A stretch of 64,000 nt of DNA from an uncultured delta proteobacterium (GTDB lineage Bacteria > Desulfobacterota > WTBG01 > CAIYCZ01 > CAIRTM01), in assembly GCA_963804955.1 (NCBI GenBank), contig CAWDSQ010000036.1:1-64000 (forward strand). The letters run 5' to 3'. Below, one piece after another: positions 20,501 through 30,732 of the stretch. Position numbers and translations under genes: made by a program. Each line of letters opens with the position of its first letter. Positions within the stretch are counted from its first letter, which is position 1. The notes below the pieces were generated by a model. That model was not told where the DNA came from. It did no database searches and saw only the letters and a program-made list of their open reading frames with translations.

Positions 20501-21117
20501 AGGCGCTGTCCGAGTTTACCGAGCTGGGGTCCGGCTACCGTCTTGCCACGCGCGACTTGCAGATTCGCGGCGCAGGTAATATACTGGGGCATTCGCAGTC
20601 GGGCCAGATTGAGTCGGTGGGCATGGATATGTATCTTGATCTGCTCAGCCAGGCTATTGCCCAGCTCCGGGGCGAGAAGATTGCGCCGAAGGTGGAGCCC
20701 GAGGTGAACATCAATCTCCAGGCCTATCTGCCCGAGGATTATGTTGAAGATGTGAACCAGCGGCTGGTACTGTACCGCCGCATAGCATCGGTTGTAACCG
20801 ATGCCGATGCCGACGATATCGAGCTGGAGCTTGCCGACCGGTTCGGCCGGCTGCCGCCGGAGGTAGAGATGCTGCTGGATGTGGCGCGCACCAAAAACGT
20901 GCTGCGCGAGAATCTGATACTCTCGGTTGACTTTGCCGACCGGCAGCTCATGTTTGCCTTTCACGAAGATGCTGAAAAGTCGCTGGAAAAGATTCTGGGC
21001 CTTGTTGCCGCCGACACCAGGCGCTTCCGCTTTACCCCCGATCTCAAGCTCTATGCCCGCTGCCCCGCGCCGCCCGGCCGCGAGCTTTTGCAGGAGATCA
21101 GGAAGATTTTTGCCTGA
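17554..21117 (+). CDS. mfd: Transcription-repair coupling factor
   Basis: UvrB-like N-terminus, CarD/RID domain, GDVGYGKT, DEEHRFG, QLRGRVGR, TRCF C-terminus. The start may be 17596. Confidence 0.97.
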   Translation: MSEPACSALNPETAMSLLFSKFFGANQPGTQLLEAIQSGEGEVYAVGLKGSAPALVTSLLFDLLKKHILFVTPSVEEAQELFDELLFYRNRAAQPDDMRGSEILLFPPLETQAYEDVLSHCDVNAQRLWTLYRLCDSDTPCIVVTTARALLQKILPSETLISGCRTVGQGQEIDRDSLCSDLIQCGYTRVSVVEDRGDFSIRGEVMDIFPPGCPLPVRLDFFGDMIESMKFFDPQTQRSKDELRQVTLVPVREVLLTRDVLDDLALRAAEPPLADIFSRSKGRMFFDNIQNGLLPAGVEYCLSFVYPQLATLFDYLPSSVVTFWSERRVIEDAMAELAAEAAEHYEAACNERRVVAPPEELFVQAAEPGSLPAAVQKVFLQGWDIERRDQCRVSFSARSNEDIRKEMLSFDTQAGALSSLAQKIEKWLGDGVQVVLLCHTKSQCERLGSLLADYELETSITLDRTFSDVAGEAAGGRVEICTGRLSRGFRYADGLLVLITEEEIFGQKRKRVAVKRYREGTAISDFSDLKEGDLIVHRDNGIGLYTGFKTLEAGGMRADYLQLEYQGGDKLYLPVDRINLINKYENADDGQPRLDRLGGTTWARTTRKVRESIEKIARDLIELYSARKVFRGHAFNPPDHTYREFEAAFPYEETPDQLAAIGDVMDDMTRPMPMDRLICGDVGYGKTEVALRAAFRCAMEGKQVAVLVPTTVLAQQHYQNFCERFRQYPIKVDILSRFRSARDQKLIIQDLAAGRVDVIIGTHRIVQKDIVFRELGLIVIDEEHRFGVKHKEQLKKLRSSVDVLTLTATPIPRTLQMSLFGIRDFSIIETPPEDRLSIRTTITHFDEMIIRDAILRELKRGGQTFFVHDRVRSIHAMAGYLRKLLPEARLGVAHGQMNERELESIMMQFIRKEVDLLVCTTIIESGLDFPTANTIIINNAHRLGLAQMYQLRGRVGRGKIRAYAYMLVPGSNTMSPLAQKRLEALSEFTELGSGYRLATRDLQIRGAGNILGHSQSGQIESVGMDMYLDLLSQAIAQLRGEKIAPKVEPEVNINLQAYLPEDYVEDVNQRLVLYRRIASVVTDADADDIELELADRFGRLPPEVEMLLDVARTKNVLRENLILSVDFADRQLMFAFHEDAEKSLEKILGLVAADTRRFRFTPDLKLYARCPAPPGRELLQEIRKIFA

Positions 21118-21232
21118 CGCGGACCTGCGGAGAGGTCGTTTCCACCTGCCGCCTGCCGGTTAAACTGCGTCTTGACAGGGAATTGAATAGCGCATTATAT
21201 ATAGGGCGGAACCACGGCAGCTTACTCTATCA

Positions 21233-22021
21233 ATGGGAGCATTCATGACACCAATCCGCCACGGTACAACAGGCTTCAGCATACTGCTGCTTATGGCTGC
21301 GCTGCTGCTCGCCCCCGGTTGCGGCAACCCGGAAAAGGAGTACTATATCGGCGGCGGGTTGAAGACGGAGTTTACCTATAACAGCCGCGGGCAGGTGCAT
21401 GGCGCGATCAAACACTATGCTGAAGGGGGCAGGCTGCTGAGGGTTGAAACATGGAAGGACGGCAGGAAGGATGGCGTCACCATGACCTATGGCGATAAGG
21501 GCCAGATTCTGAGCACCGTCATATTTAAAGACGGCAGGGAACACGATCTTTCCACAGGCTTTTACGATAATGGCAGCATTGAAATCGAATGCATCTATAA
21601 TAAAGGCCTTCTTGAAGGCCCTTATAAAAAGCGGTACCAAAACGGCGTTACCGCCGCGGAAGTTTTGTACGTACATGATGAAAAAGAGGGGCCTGAAACT
21701 CTGTATTACAAAAGCGGCATTCCCAAACGGAGCTCTTACTACCGGGCGGGGCTGCTGGAAACCGCGGTCATAGAGTTTTATGAAAGCGGAGCGGTGCGGC
21801 TGGTGGAAAATTACCGCAAGGACAAAAAAGACGGCATTGCCAAAGAATACTTCGAGAGCGGAAAGCTGAAAGCCCAGCGGCTGTACCGCAGGGGGGAAAA
21901 TATCGCTTCCATAGAGTATGATGCATCCGGCCGGGTTATCAGCAGCACGGAAGAGAAAAAAGATTTCGATTTTCTTAAAAGCATACCGCGCCTGGAGCCT
22001 CTGCTGGAGTGGGCGCATTAG
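21233..22021 (+). CDS. MORN-variant repeat (YwqK-like) lipoprotein
   Basis: Lipobox LLAPGC; repeated YxxGxxxG..YYxxG units. Confidence 0.75.
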   Translation: MGAFMTPIRHGTTGFSILLLMAALLLAPGCGNPEKEYYIGGGLKTEFTYNSRGQVHGAIKHYAEGGRLLRVETWKDGRKDGVTMTYGDKGQILSTVIFKDGREHDLSTGFYDNGSIEIECIYNKGLLEGPYKKRYQNGVTAAEVLYVHDEKEGPETLYYKSGIPKRSSYYRAGLLETAVIEFYESGAVRLVENYRKDKKDGIAKEYFESGKLKAQRLYRRGENIASIEYDASGRVISSTEEKKDFDFLKSIPRLEPLLEWAH

Positions 22022-22114
22022 AGAACCTGCCGGGCGCAACGGCATTGTGATGGGTTTCATCCGCCGTGGCGGACTGCACCCATTCAAAAGTCTGTGCCGA
22101 TAATGGATTGTGAA

Positions 22115-22142
22115 GTAGGGGTTCAAAATTTTGAACCCCTAC
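22115..22142. repeat. REP-like perfect palindrome GTAGGGGTTCAAAATTTTGAACCCCTAC
   Basis: 28-nt GTAG-type palindrome; degenerate copy at 17445-17472. Confidence 0.75.
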
Positions 22143-22186
22143 GTGCATTTTAAGCCCTTACAAAGGCCATCGTAAAAAACCGCGTG

Positions 22187-25100
22187 TCATTTCACAGCGG
22201 CAACGGGTATAAGGGAAGCGCTCTGCGCTTCGGGCTCGATGCCGTTGATGAGCGGCATGAGTTTGGGGGCAAGGCTTTTCAGCACCTGCACGGGAAGGGA
22301 ACTGGTGAAGGAATAGCCTGCCGCCTGCTGCCCCGGCACATAGGCTGTGAGCGTGCCGAAAAACCGCTCGCCAATGAAGAAAACAAAGGTGGCCGTTCTG
22401 TTGATGGCGGTTGAGCGCACGAGGTCGCCTGCGGCATTATACACGTCGAAGCGGTTGTCGCCCGTGCCGGTCTTGCCGCCCACATCGATAGTGGCGCCGT
22501 CGGGCCGCGTGAAGGCTTTGGCGATGCGTATTGCCGTGCCCCGTTCGACCACGCCGAGAAGCTCCCGGCGGGCGACCCGGGCCACCTCCGGCTTCATGAC
22601 CTGTTCGGCCCGGCTGGTCGCGGGCCTGAGAACGGTTTCATAGGGCGTGCCCGCGGCAAAGTGCATTTTTTCTATGCGCAGGCCGGGGGCGTAGACGCCG
22701 TTGTTCACCAGAATGCCCACCAGCTCGGCAAGGGCTGCGGGCCGGTCGGCAGAGCTGCCGATGGATGTGGCATAGGAGGGCACGAGCGAGTCGAAAGGGT
22801 ACCCGAGGCGCTTCCACATGCGGTGTATTTCCTGGAACGCCTCGTTTTCCATTACCATCTGAATTCGCGAGTTCTGGGCGGACTTGTGCTGTGTTTTAAA
22901 CAGCCAGGTGTATACCTGCTGGCGCTCCTTCGCGCTGTCGCGGATGGTTTCGGCCTGGTTTGCTCCCGGATGGTCCCGCAGATAGGCAACGGTCCAAAGC
23001 TCCAGCGGGTGAACATGGGCCAGGAACCCGCGGTCGACAAGCGAAAAGGAGCTGACTGCATATTTATTGTAGAGCCTTCGCAGGGTCTGGCCCGACAGCT
23101 CCGAGTTGGGCAGGTTGCTTTTAACAAAGGCGCTGAATTCCTTCAGCCCTTTTTCCGGCATGATGGAGCGGTAGATGACGGTAAGCCTCACGGGCGCCGG
23201 CACAATGCCGCCCACCAGCGTTTTGAGGGCTTCATCGGCGCTCTTGCCCTTGTATTTTCCATAAAAGCGCGACAGGTATTTCTGGCCTTCCGTGTCGGCG
23301 AATTTGGCAAGATACTGCCTGCGGGCAGGGCCGGCATCGGCGCCGCGGGGCCCCCAGGTCGACTCATGGCGCTGTACGATGAAGTAGCGAACGATATCGC
23401 GCATCATGCGGATGAAAACAAGGTTTACCGACTGCCGCAGCGCTTCGCGCACGGTCAGGATCTGGTCGTTGTCTTCAGGCTTGAAGTTTGAAAACGTGTG
23501 CAGGCCGCCGCCGGTAAAAAACGACTCTCCGGGATCGGCCGAATATGTGCGCTCCATGGCGGCATCGAGCATTGCCGGCAGCGAGCGGTCGGCCGTGCCG
23601 GCAAGATAGAGTATGGCCCACCGCGACAGAGGGTCAAGAGGGTATATGTCCAGCGCTTCAAGGTCCTGCACGGTGCGGCCGGCCAGCTGCTCGTGCAGCT
23701 CGCCGACTATTTCCAGATAGGTTACCAGGGTTCGCAGCTTTGCCGTTGACCCGAGCTCGAGTTTGATGCCCTCATTGATGTTCAGCGGCTGATCATTGGT
23801 ATCGGTCATGATGCGCAGAAGGTTTGCCTGCTCGCCGCGCTCGTACAGGGTGAAGCTGTAGACGATCTTTGACGGGTCTTCATTGGTGAGCAGATGAAAC
23901 CCGTACAGGCCCGACTGGCGGGCGAAGGCCGGCTCCTTCAGCTTATGCAGGGTCCAGGTGATCTCTTCCTGAACCTTTGCGTCAAGGGTGCCTGAAACGG
24001 TCAGGTCGAGGCGGTCAAGCTCATAGAGCTTCGGCACATCAAGCATTGCCATGAGCTTGGTGCGCACGGCGTTAGCGGGCTTGCGCTCCAAAAACGATCC
24101 CTCGTACTGCACGGGCAGGGTCCGCCGGATGCGCAGGGGCGCGCGCAGGGCCGCGTCGCGCTCAAACGGCGTGATGATGCCCTGCGCCTCAAGCACCCGC
24201 ACATAGCCGCAGGTCTGCTCCTCAAGCGAATCGATGCGCTTCAGCAGATAGCGGCCGGGCCTTCGCTGGGCGATGAACAGGCTGAGCATCTGCTTGAACG
24301 CCCGGGCCCACGGCTCCAGGTTCCTGTCATCGGCTGACCGGGGCCGCCTGGGCAAGCGTGCGGTTCACGGCTTCGAAATCAGCGCCGTACCAGGCCCAGA
24401 GCCCGTCGCCGATGCCGATAATTTCGCCGTAGCCGGGATAGGCTCCCAGGGGGATGGAATTGATATAGTCCAGTATGATGCCCATTTGCGCTTCAAGCGT
24501 GTTCGGGCCGTTCATGTAGGACTGCAGGGATGCCGAGGCCATCTGCACCATCTTCTCCCGGGTTGAGCTGGTGCGGCCTTCCGGCGAATGGCGGTACTTT
24601 TCGATCTGCGTGGCCAGGGTGCTGCCGCCGGGGCCGCGGCCCCCGCCCGTGGCCTTGTTGATGCCGCGCTCGATCAGGGCCCTTCCCAGGCGGGTCCAGT
24701 CGACAGCAGGGTTTTTGAAGGGGTAGCGCGGGTCAAGCAGGTCGCGGTTTTCGATAAATACAAGGCTTTTGACGAGAATTTCCGGGATGGCCTCAAAATT
24801 TGCATAGGCATGCACAGGGTAGGTCATGTCAAAAAGCGTTTGCCCGCGGCGGTCATAAATTTCCAGGCCGGCCTGCGTTTTTTCACGATAGGGCGGGAAA
24901 ATGCCCAGATCGCAGAGCCGCATAAGCTCAGGGGAAAAGCGCGCCTGGGTCTCCACCGCATAGCCTTTTTCTTCAGCGCGCCGGATGAAGGCGGGAAGAT
25001 CGACATAGCCGCGCCGCTGGTCCGAAGGCCCGGCTTTGGGATAGCTGATGGCATCGCTCGGGCCGGGCGCCGTCCAGAAGGTGAGCTTCTGCACAAGGGT

Positions 25101-25259
25101 TGAAAAATACTTTGCCTGCAGCTCGGAGGACCGCTCCTCCATGGCCGCAAGCAGAATTACGCACAGCCACAGGGCAATAAGCAGTGCGTTCATAATAAAA
25201 CGCAGCAGCCATGGCTGCCGCGGGGGCTTTTTTATTGTTTCCTGACTCTTCTGATCCAT
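22187..25259 (-). CDS. Transglycosylase/penicillin-binding family protein (frameshift near 24340)
   Basis: N-terminal TM; GT51-like GGSTLATQIEKYRHS; C-terminal GKTGTGDNR; two abutting ORFs. Confidence 0.8.
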
Positions 25260-25334
25260 GCACTTGTAATATGGTAGGGGCCTAATGAAGTCAAGTGTAT
25301 TTTAGATTTTGAATCCGTATCCAAAATTAAAAAT

Positions 25335-26280
25335 TTAACATGGGATTTTCCACAATCCCGCCTTGAGATAGGGCTGCCCGGCAGAGGGAAAATCATCCGG
25401 CTCATGCTCCAGCCACTCAAGCTGCCACGATGCCGGGTGCCACTGGCGATACTGCTCCTGCGAAACAGCAGGCGAATTGACCACGGTAAGGGCAAGGCCT
25501 CCCGGGACGAGGCTGCTGACAAGATCCAGGCAGCGGGGAAAATCCTTTTTTACGGCAAACGAGCCCTGCTTGCTGCGGGCGAAGGTCGGCGGGTCCAGCA
25601 CCACGCAGTCAAAGCGCCGGCCTTTTTTTGCAAAGGCTTTCATCCAGGTCAGGGCGTCGCCGTACATGAAGTCGCGCTCATCGCAGGCAATGCCGTTGAG
25701 CCCGTAGTTGCGCCGGGCGCGCTCCAGGGCTGTTTTGGCCAGGTCAAGGTTGAGTGCGCTGCTCAAACCGTTTTTCAGGCCATGCACCGAGAACATGCCG
25801 CTGTAGCAGAAGAGGTTGAGCATGGCGCCTCCGTTTTTATAGTGCGGGGCAAGCAGGCCGCGTATGATGCGCATATCAAGAAACAGGCCTGTGTGCCTGC
25901 CGAGCATCAAATCCACGGCAACCCTGACGCCGTTCTGCATCACGACGAGCTCTTCCGGCGGGGCATGGCCGTCCATGATGCTGCTGCGGCACGGGTAATC
26001 GCGCCACGGCGTTGCGCTGCCGCTTATGTCCTTCCAGAGAATGCCCCGGGGCTTGCAGGGAAGGCAGCGGCCGAGCTTGTATAATGGCAGGAAACAGGGT
26101 CTTTTGCTTCTGAAGGAGGGAGGCCTTTTCAATCTGCACCAGCAGCCAGGCTCCGTAGCGGTCAACCGTGATGCCGTCCATGCCGTCGCCTGCGCCGTTG
26201 AACAGGCGGCAGCAGTCATGCGCCGGGTCGGCATAAAGCGGTGCGCGCAGGGCAAAGGCTTTTTCAAATATGGGGGTCAT
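25335..26280 (-). CDS. RlmI/RlmK-like class I SAM-dependent rRNA methyltransferase (frameshifted)
   Basis: CRLFNGAGDG..VDRY, TGLFLDMR, LNLFCYSG, VVLDPPTF. Confidence 0.85.
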
Positions 26281-26362
26281 TGTTGTTTGTCCGACAGTAG
26301 ATTTTTGGGTTCTGCAATGCTACTGTAGATATTTCCGCTGTGTTCATGTTAGTGCGGTCCTT

Positions 26363-26572
26363 CAGAAAAGAAGCCAGAAGTCAGGAGCCAGAATTCAGAA
26401 TGGAAGACATACAGGCTTCAAGGAGTTTATTTGTTTTCTTTTTTCATACAATAATAACCTGTGGCGTGTTTAGTGTTTTTTCTTCTGACTTCTGACTTCT
26501 GACTTCTGACTCCTGACTACTGGCTTCTGACTTCTGACTTCTGGCTACTGACTCCTGACTCCTGACTCCTGT
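26363..26572. repeat. Element bounded by inverted heptamer arrays (CAGAAGT-like ... CTGACTT/C-like x~12)
   Basis: Tandem 7-mers on opposite strands; related element at 29101-29322. Confidence 0.75.
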
Positions 26573-26575
26573 TTT

Positions 26576-27256
26576 TTATTTCTCCACATGATTATACCAC
26601 AGCTTATCTGCGTCTTTTGAAAAAGGGCAGCAGCACAATGCCGCCTGCAAAGCCGCCGATATGTGCCCACCAGGCAATGCCTCCCTGCGATGAAGAGGAG
26701 AGCGCCCGCTCAGAAACTGCAAAAGAAACCAGAATGCAAGAAAGAAGAAAGCCGGCACCTCGACAAAGTCGATGAAAATAAACAGAAAAACAAGCATCAC
26801 GATTCTGGCCCGCGGATACAGGCAGAAATAGGCGCCCATCACGCCGGCAATGGCGCCGCTTGCCCCAACCATGGGAATGCGCGCCCCGGGGGCTGACCAG
26901 AGCTGTGCTGCTGCGGCGCATATGCCGCACAGCAGATAAAACAGCAGATAGCGGAAATGGCCCATGCGGTCTTCCACATTGTCCCCAAAGATATAGAGAT
27001 AGAGCATGTTGCCGAGAAAATGCAGCCATCCGGCATGCAGAAACATGGAGGTGATGACGGTGGTGAAGCCGGCAAGGTGCATGCTGCCATGAGAGCCGAG
27101 CACATGTGCCGGGACCATGCCCCAGGCCAGCACAAACCTGTCCAGATGGGGGCCCAGCGACAGCTGATACAGAAAGCAGACAAGGTTTGCCCCGATCAGG
27201 GCATAGTTTGTGATGGGGAAGGTGCGTGAGGCGATATTGTCGCGAAGGGGGATCAT
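26576..27256 (-). CDS. Rhomboid family intramembrane serine protease (C-terminal frameshift)
   Basis: SMFLHAGWLHFLGNMLYL, GASGAIAG; AHIGGF is in the shifted frame. Confidence 0.92.
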   Translation of the reverse strand: MIPLRDNIASRTFPITNYALIGANLVCFLYQLSLGPHLDRFVLAWGMVPAHVLGSHGSMHLAGFTTVITSMFLHAGWLHFLGNMLYLYIFGDNVEDRMGHFRYLLFYLLCGICAAAAQLWSAPGARIPMVGASGAIAGVMGAYFCLYPRARIVMLVFLFIFIDFVEVPAFFFLAFWFLLQFLSGRSPLHRREALPGGHISAALQAALCCCPFSKDADKLWYNHVEK

Positions 27257-27425
27257 GCTGCGGGTTTTGTCTCCTGCCGGGAAACGGTTAAGGTGCTTGT
27301 TTGTCTACAACCGGGGATATTCTATCGCGACCGGGCACGGAAGGTCAAAGACTTCATGCACCTGTCCTCAGACGAGACGTCAGCAGAGGCTCATGCGCTT
27401 TTTCAGTTTCCGGCCGGACAGCCGT

Positions 27426-28277
27426 TTATGGGGTCAGGTTTTTGATCATGCCGGCCAGACGGTAAAATTCTTCAACGGTAAATGTTTCGGCGCGGCGCGT
27501 GAGCGCTATATTTTCTTTGTCTGCTGCCGCTCTGAGCGCTTCGGCATTGATGCTGCGCTGCCCGATATACCCCTTGAGGCAATTCTGAAATGTTTTGCGG
27601 CGCTGCGAGAAGCCCGTGCGCACAATCATGCGAAACAGCTCTTCATCCGGGCCATGCCAGCTTTTTTCGGCAAGGGGCGCAAGCTCAATAACTGCGGAAT
27701 CAACTTTCGGCACAGGGTAGAAACACCGGGCCGGTATGATCATGCGAATGGAAGCGGCAAGATATGCCCGGCAGTAGACGGTAAGAATGCCGTAGTCTTT
27801 GCAGCCGGGCGGGGCGCAGAGCCGCTCGGCCACCTCCTTCTGTACGATAAATACGGCCCGCTTGAGAAAAGCGCTGTCTTCCAGTATTTTTATGATAATG
27901 GGAGAGGTGATGGCATAGGGAATGCTGCCGAAGATAACAGCCCTTTTGCCGCCGAGCACGCTGCCGAAATCCGCCTTAAGGATATCCTGAAAGTGCAGCG
28001 TGACGGAGCCGTCCTGCGGAAGCTGCCGCTCCAGTATGCCGTAGAGGTTACGGTCTATTTCATAGCAGATGACGCGTGCTCCGGTTTCATGCAGAAAAAG
28101 CGTCAGCGAGCCCGGGCCCGGCCCGATTTCTATAACCGTGTCATCGGGGGTAAGGCCGGCACAGGACACGGCCTTTTCAGCGCTGTTGCGGTCGATAAGA
28201 AAATTCTGGCTGCGCTGTTTGCTTGGACGTATGCCGAGTTTTTTTATGATGCTCTGAGTTGGGAAGATTATGGGCAT
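27426..28277 (-). CDS. rsmA: 16S rRNA m6,2A dimethyltransferase
   Basis: QNFLID, IEIGPGPG, IPYAITSPII, QKEVAER, FYPVPKVDS. Confidence 0.95.
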   Translation of the reverse strand: MPIIFPTQSIIKKLGIRPSKQRSQNFLIDRNSAEKAVSCAGLTPDDTVIEIGPGPGSLTLFLHETGARVICYEIDRNLYGILERQLPQDGSVTLHFQDILKADFGSVLGGKRAVIFGSIPYAITSPIIIKILEDSAFLKRAVFIVQKEVAERLCAPPGCKDYGILTVYCRAYLAASIRMIIPARCFYPVPKVDSAVIELAPLAEKSWHGPDEELFRMIVRTGFSQRRKTFQNCLKGYIGQRSINAEALRAAADKENIALTRRAETFTVEEFYRLAGMIKNLTP

Positions 28278-28371
28278 GGGGAGATTCTTGATTTTAAAAT
28301 TGGCGTAAGGGCGGGGTAATTCCCAATACATGTGAATGAGATGTATAATAATCGAAAAAACAAAAACCTAT

Positions 28372-28438
28372 TGTCATTCCGGCTTGTCCGGAATCCTTAT
28401 GCTGCGGTGGGAAAGATTCCGGACAAGCCGGAATGACA
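28372..28438. repeat. REP-like inverted repeat TGTCATTCCGGCTTGTCCGGAATC ... GATTCCGGACAAGCCGGAATGACA
   Basis: Perfect 24-bp inverted repeat; same family as the IS110 target site. Confidence 0.85.
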
Positions 28439-28532
28439 GGCATGGAGTTGTTTTCTGGAGTTTTCATTTCGTTTTATTAATCCACCGGGAGCGGGGGTAC
28501 CCCCGCATTTTGGATATGCGCGAACCGGCAAT

Positions 28533-29018
28533 TTATTTTTTGCCGGTAAAATACGGCAGCAGCCGCCTATAGGTAGATTCAAGCATCTCGGGCATTACCA
28601 TGGTATCGCTCATGACGGGCATGAAATTGTGATCGCCGCTCCAGCGGGCTACGATATGCACATGCAGGTGGTCCTCGGCGCCTGCGCCCGCCACCTTCCC
28701 TAAATTGATCCCGATATTGATGGCGTCGGGCCTGAGGGCTTTGCGCAGCCTCTTCGTTGCGCTGCGCACCAGTTCAAACAGGCCGGCCAGCTCTTCTGCT
28801 GTCAGGCCCTCAAGATCGGCAACATGGCGCCACGGCACCACCATGAGGTGGCCTGCAGTATAGGGGTATTTGTTTAAAATTACAAAGGCATGCTCGGTTT
28901 CGGCAAGTATGAAGCAGCGCTCCCGGTAGCCCCTGGTTTTCTTTATGCACAGAAAGCATCCCTTCGGCTTTTTGCCGAGTATGTAGTCGATTCTCCAGGG
29001 CGCCCAGACATTTTTCAT
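28533..29018 (-). CDS. HIT family hydrolase
   Basis: WAPWR, NKYPYTAGHLM, HLHVHIV. Confidence 0.92.
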   Translation of the reverse strand: MKNVWAPWRIDYILGKKPKGCFLCIKKTRGYRERCFILAETEHAFVILNKYPYTAGHLMVVPWRHVADLEGLTAEELAGLFELVRSATKRLRKALRPDAINIGINLGKVAGAGAEDHLHVHIVARWSGDHNFMPVMSDTMVMPEMLESTYRRLLPYFTGKK

Positions 29019-29100
29019 AGTGCTGTATTGACAGATAGGTTGCTTTACACGGCAGTGTAGCACAAAAGCATGCTGGCATTCAAGAAAGTTGCATGGGGGG

Positions 29101-29322
29101 AGGAGTCAGAATTCAGTAGCCGGAATTCAGAATAAAAGACATAGAGGCTCCAGAACTCCTGTCTTAAGGGCAGGCTCGAGTGGTCTGCACCTACGCTTCA
29201 AACTTGTCCTTTTTTGACGACACTGAACAGTTGCTACTGTTGAATCTTTTTCTACTACAGACTCAATCTAATGCTGTTGGTTTTTGACTTCTGGATTCTA
29301 CTTCTGACTCCTGACTTCTGTT
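29101..29322. repeat. Second inverted-heptamer-array element
   Basis: GGAGTCAGAATTCAG... and ...CTGACTCCTGACTTCTG; the inner flank GAAT.AAGACATA.AGGCT is shared with the 26363 copy. Confidence 0.65.
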
Positions 29323-29325
29323 TCT

Positions 29326-30052
29326 CTAAATTCCCGTCAGCTCCATATCCCCCCATACGCCCAGCTTGTCGTCCTTGATAATGACCATGCCGTCGATGCA
29401 GCCCAGGCTTTGCCCCAGGTCTAAGGCTTTTTGAATATCCTGTGCGGTTTTTACGGCATTTCCGACAGCGCTTGCCGCGGCATCGGCAAGAGCTGCGGTT
29501 TTCGCCCTGATGGTTACGGCATCAGCTCTGCCGAAGCTCAGCGAGGGCCCGACTGTACCCGACGAGGTGCATATGCCGAAAGGGGTCATCTACTGCTTCG
29601 ATTTTAATGCCGATTCGTTCGCTGAGGGGAGAACTGCCTGCAAATATCCCTACCGTGATGGGTCTGTTGATTTTAAAAAAGATATCGCCGCCGTTTTCAA
29701 CGATGACTTCCCTGCTGTGCTTCAGAAGTTCAGCGCCCACAAAGTCTGCCACCGCGCCTGCCACCGCTGCCATGGGCCCAACGTTGCAGGCCGCGGCTGC
29801 CTGCAGCATGGCCTGCACCAGCGGCGGGGCAAACTCGTCATCGGCAAGGGGCACAAGGGATGTTTTGAATTCAGGCCTGCCCTTAATGTAGGTTTCAAGA
29901 ATGTAGCGCGCCTGCACAGCGGCATCAAGGGCTTCTTTTTCAAGCTTGCGCTCTGCGCTGATGAACAGGTCCGTATCCTTCACCGCAACCGTAAACGACA
30001 CAAGGCCGTCACTTGCTGAGTAATCGCGGTAGTTGCGGTTCTCGTAGGGCAT
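29326..30052 (-). CDS. UPF0280 / ApbE-like family protein (frameshift near 29580)
   Basis: VGPMAAVAGAVA, VENGGDI, GICTSSGTVGPSLSFG.ADA. Confidence 0.9.
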
Positions 30053-30084
30053 GAAGATCGGGGGTAAAAAATTTATTAAAGAAT

Positions 30085-30384
30085 TTAAGGCTTGGCGGCT
30101 CTTTGCTGCCATCTTTTTGGGTCTCGCTTGAGATGCATTACCGCAGCAACCAAAACATGGTCTTTTCGTATCTGGTATAAAACGGCATATGGAAACCGGT
30201 TGGTCATGCAGCGTCGTGTTCGGCGGGAAAAGAGCGGCCAGGCGTCCGGGAAGGAAACAATCCGGTTAAGCGTATTCTTGACCTCGGCAGCAAATTCATA
30301 CCCCAGGCCGGAAGACTGCTCATTATAATAATCAACAGCCTCGGCAAATTCCTGTTCGGCACAGGCCAGAAAGCGGATATTCAT
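30085..30384 (-). CDS. RelE/ParE family toxin
   Basis: AEQEFAEAVDYY..GLG, RFPYAVLY, VAAVMHLKRDP. Confidence 0.88.
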   Translation of the reverse strand: MNIRFLACAEQEFAEAVDYYNEQSSGLGYEFAAEVKNTLNRIVSFPDAWPLFSRRTRRCMTNRFPYAVLYQIRKDHVLVAAVMHLKRDPKRWQQRAAKP

Positions 30385-30606
30385 CGTTTGTTTATCCGCT
30401 CAAATACTGCCTCTAGCGGAATCAGCGCTGATATGTCCGGCATCGCAAGCGTCAAGACGTGCCTCTGCCTCCTCTGCCCAGAGGGTGTCAACAGCATCGT
30501 CAGGAGCCTTATCGAAGCTGTGAAAAAGTTCCTCGATGAGCTGCGCCCGTTCAACAGGTTTTAAGCTCAATGCCTGTTTTAGTACTGTCTCTGTTGCTGC
30601 CGTCAT
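30381..30606 (-). CDS. Addiction-module antitoxin (TIGR02574-like)
   Basis: ALSLKPVERAQLIEEL...WAEEAEARL. A probable 1-nt frameshift restores ...VFERINKR* overlapping the toxin ATG. Confidence 0.85.
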
Positions 30607-30732
30607 TGCTGAAAATCACCTCGTTTCTTCTCGAATGATCCCTGAAAAAACTATAGCACCCGGTTTTGTTCGTGTCAATTAAGACCCGGGGAGTGACAGG
30701 GTGGCTGCTGTGCGCACGGCCCACTGCATTTC

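Noticed and set aside
27210..28319. 369-aa plus-strand ORF, and similar long ORFs at 18748-20964, 30937-33831 and 36573-37688
   Set aside because: Antisense shadows of well-supported genes (rsmA, mfd, dnaE and others) in GC-rich DNA.
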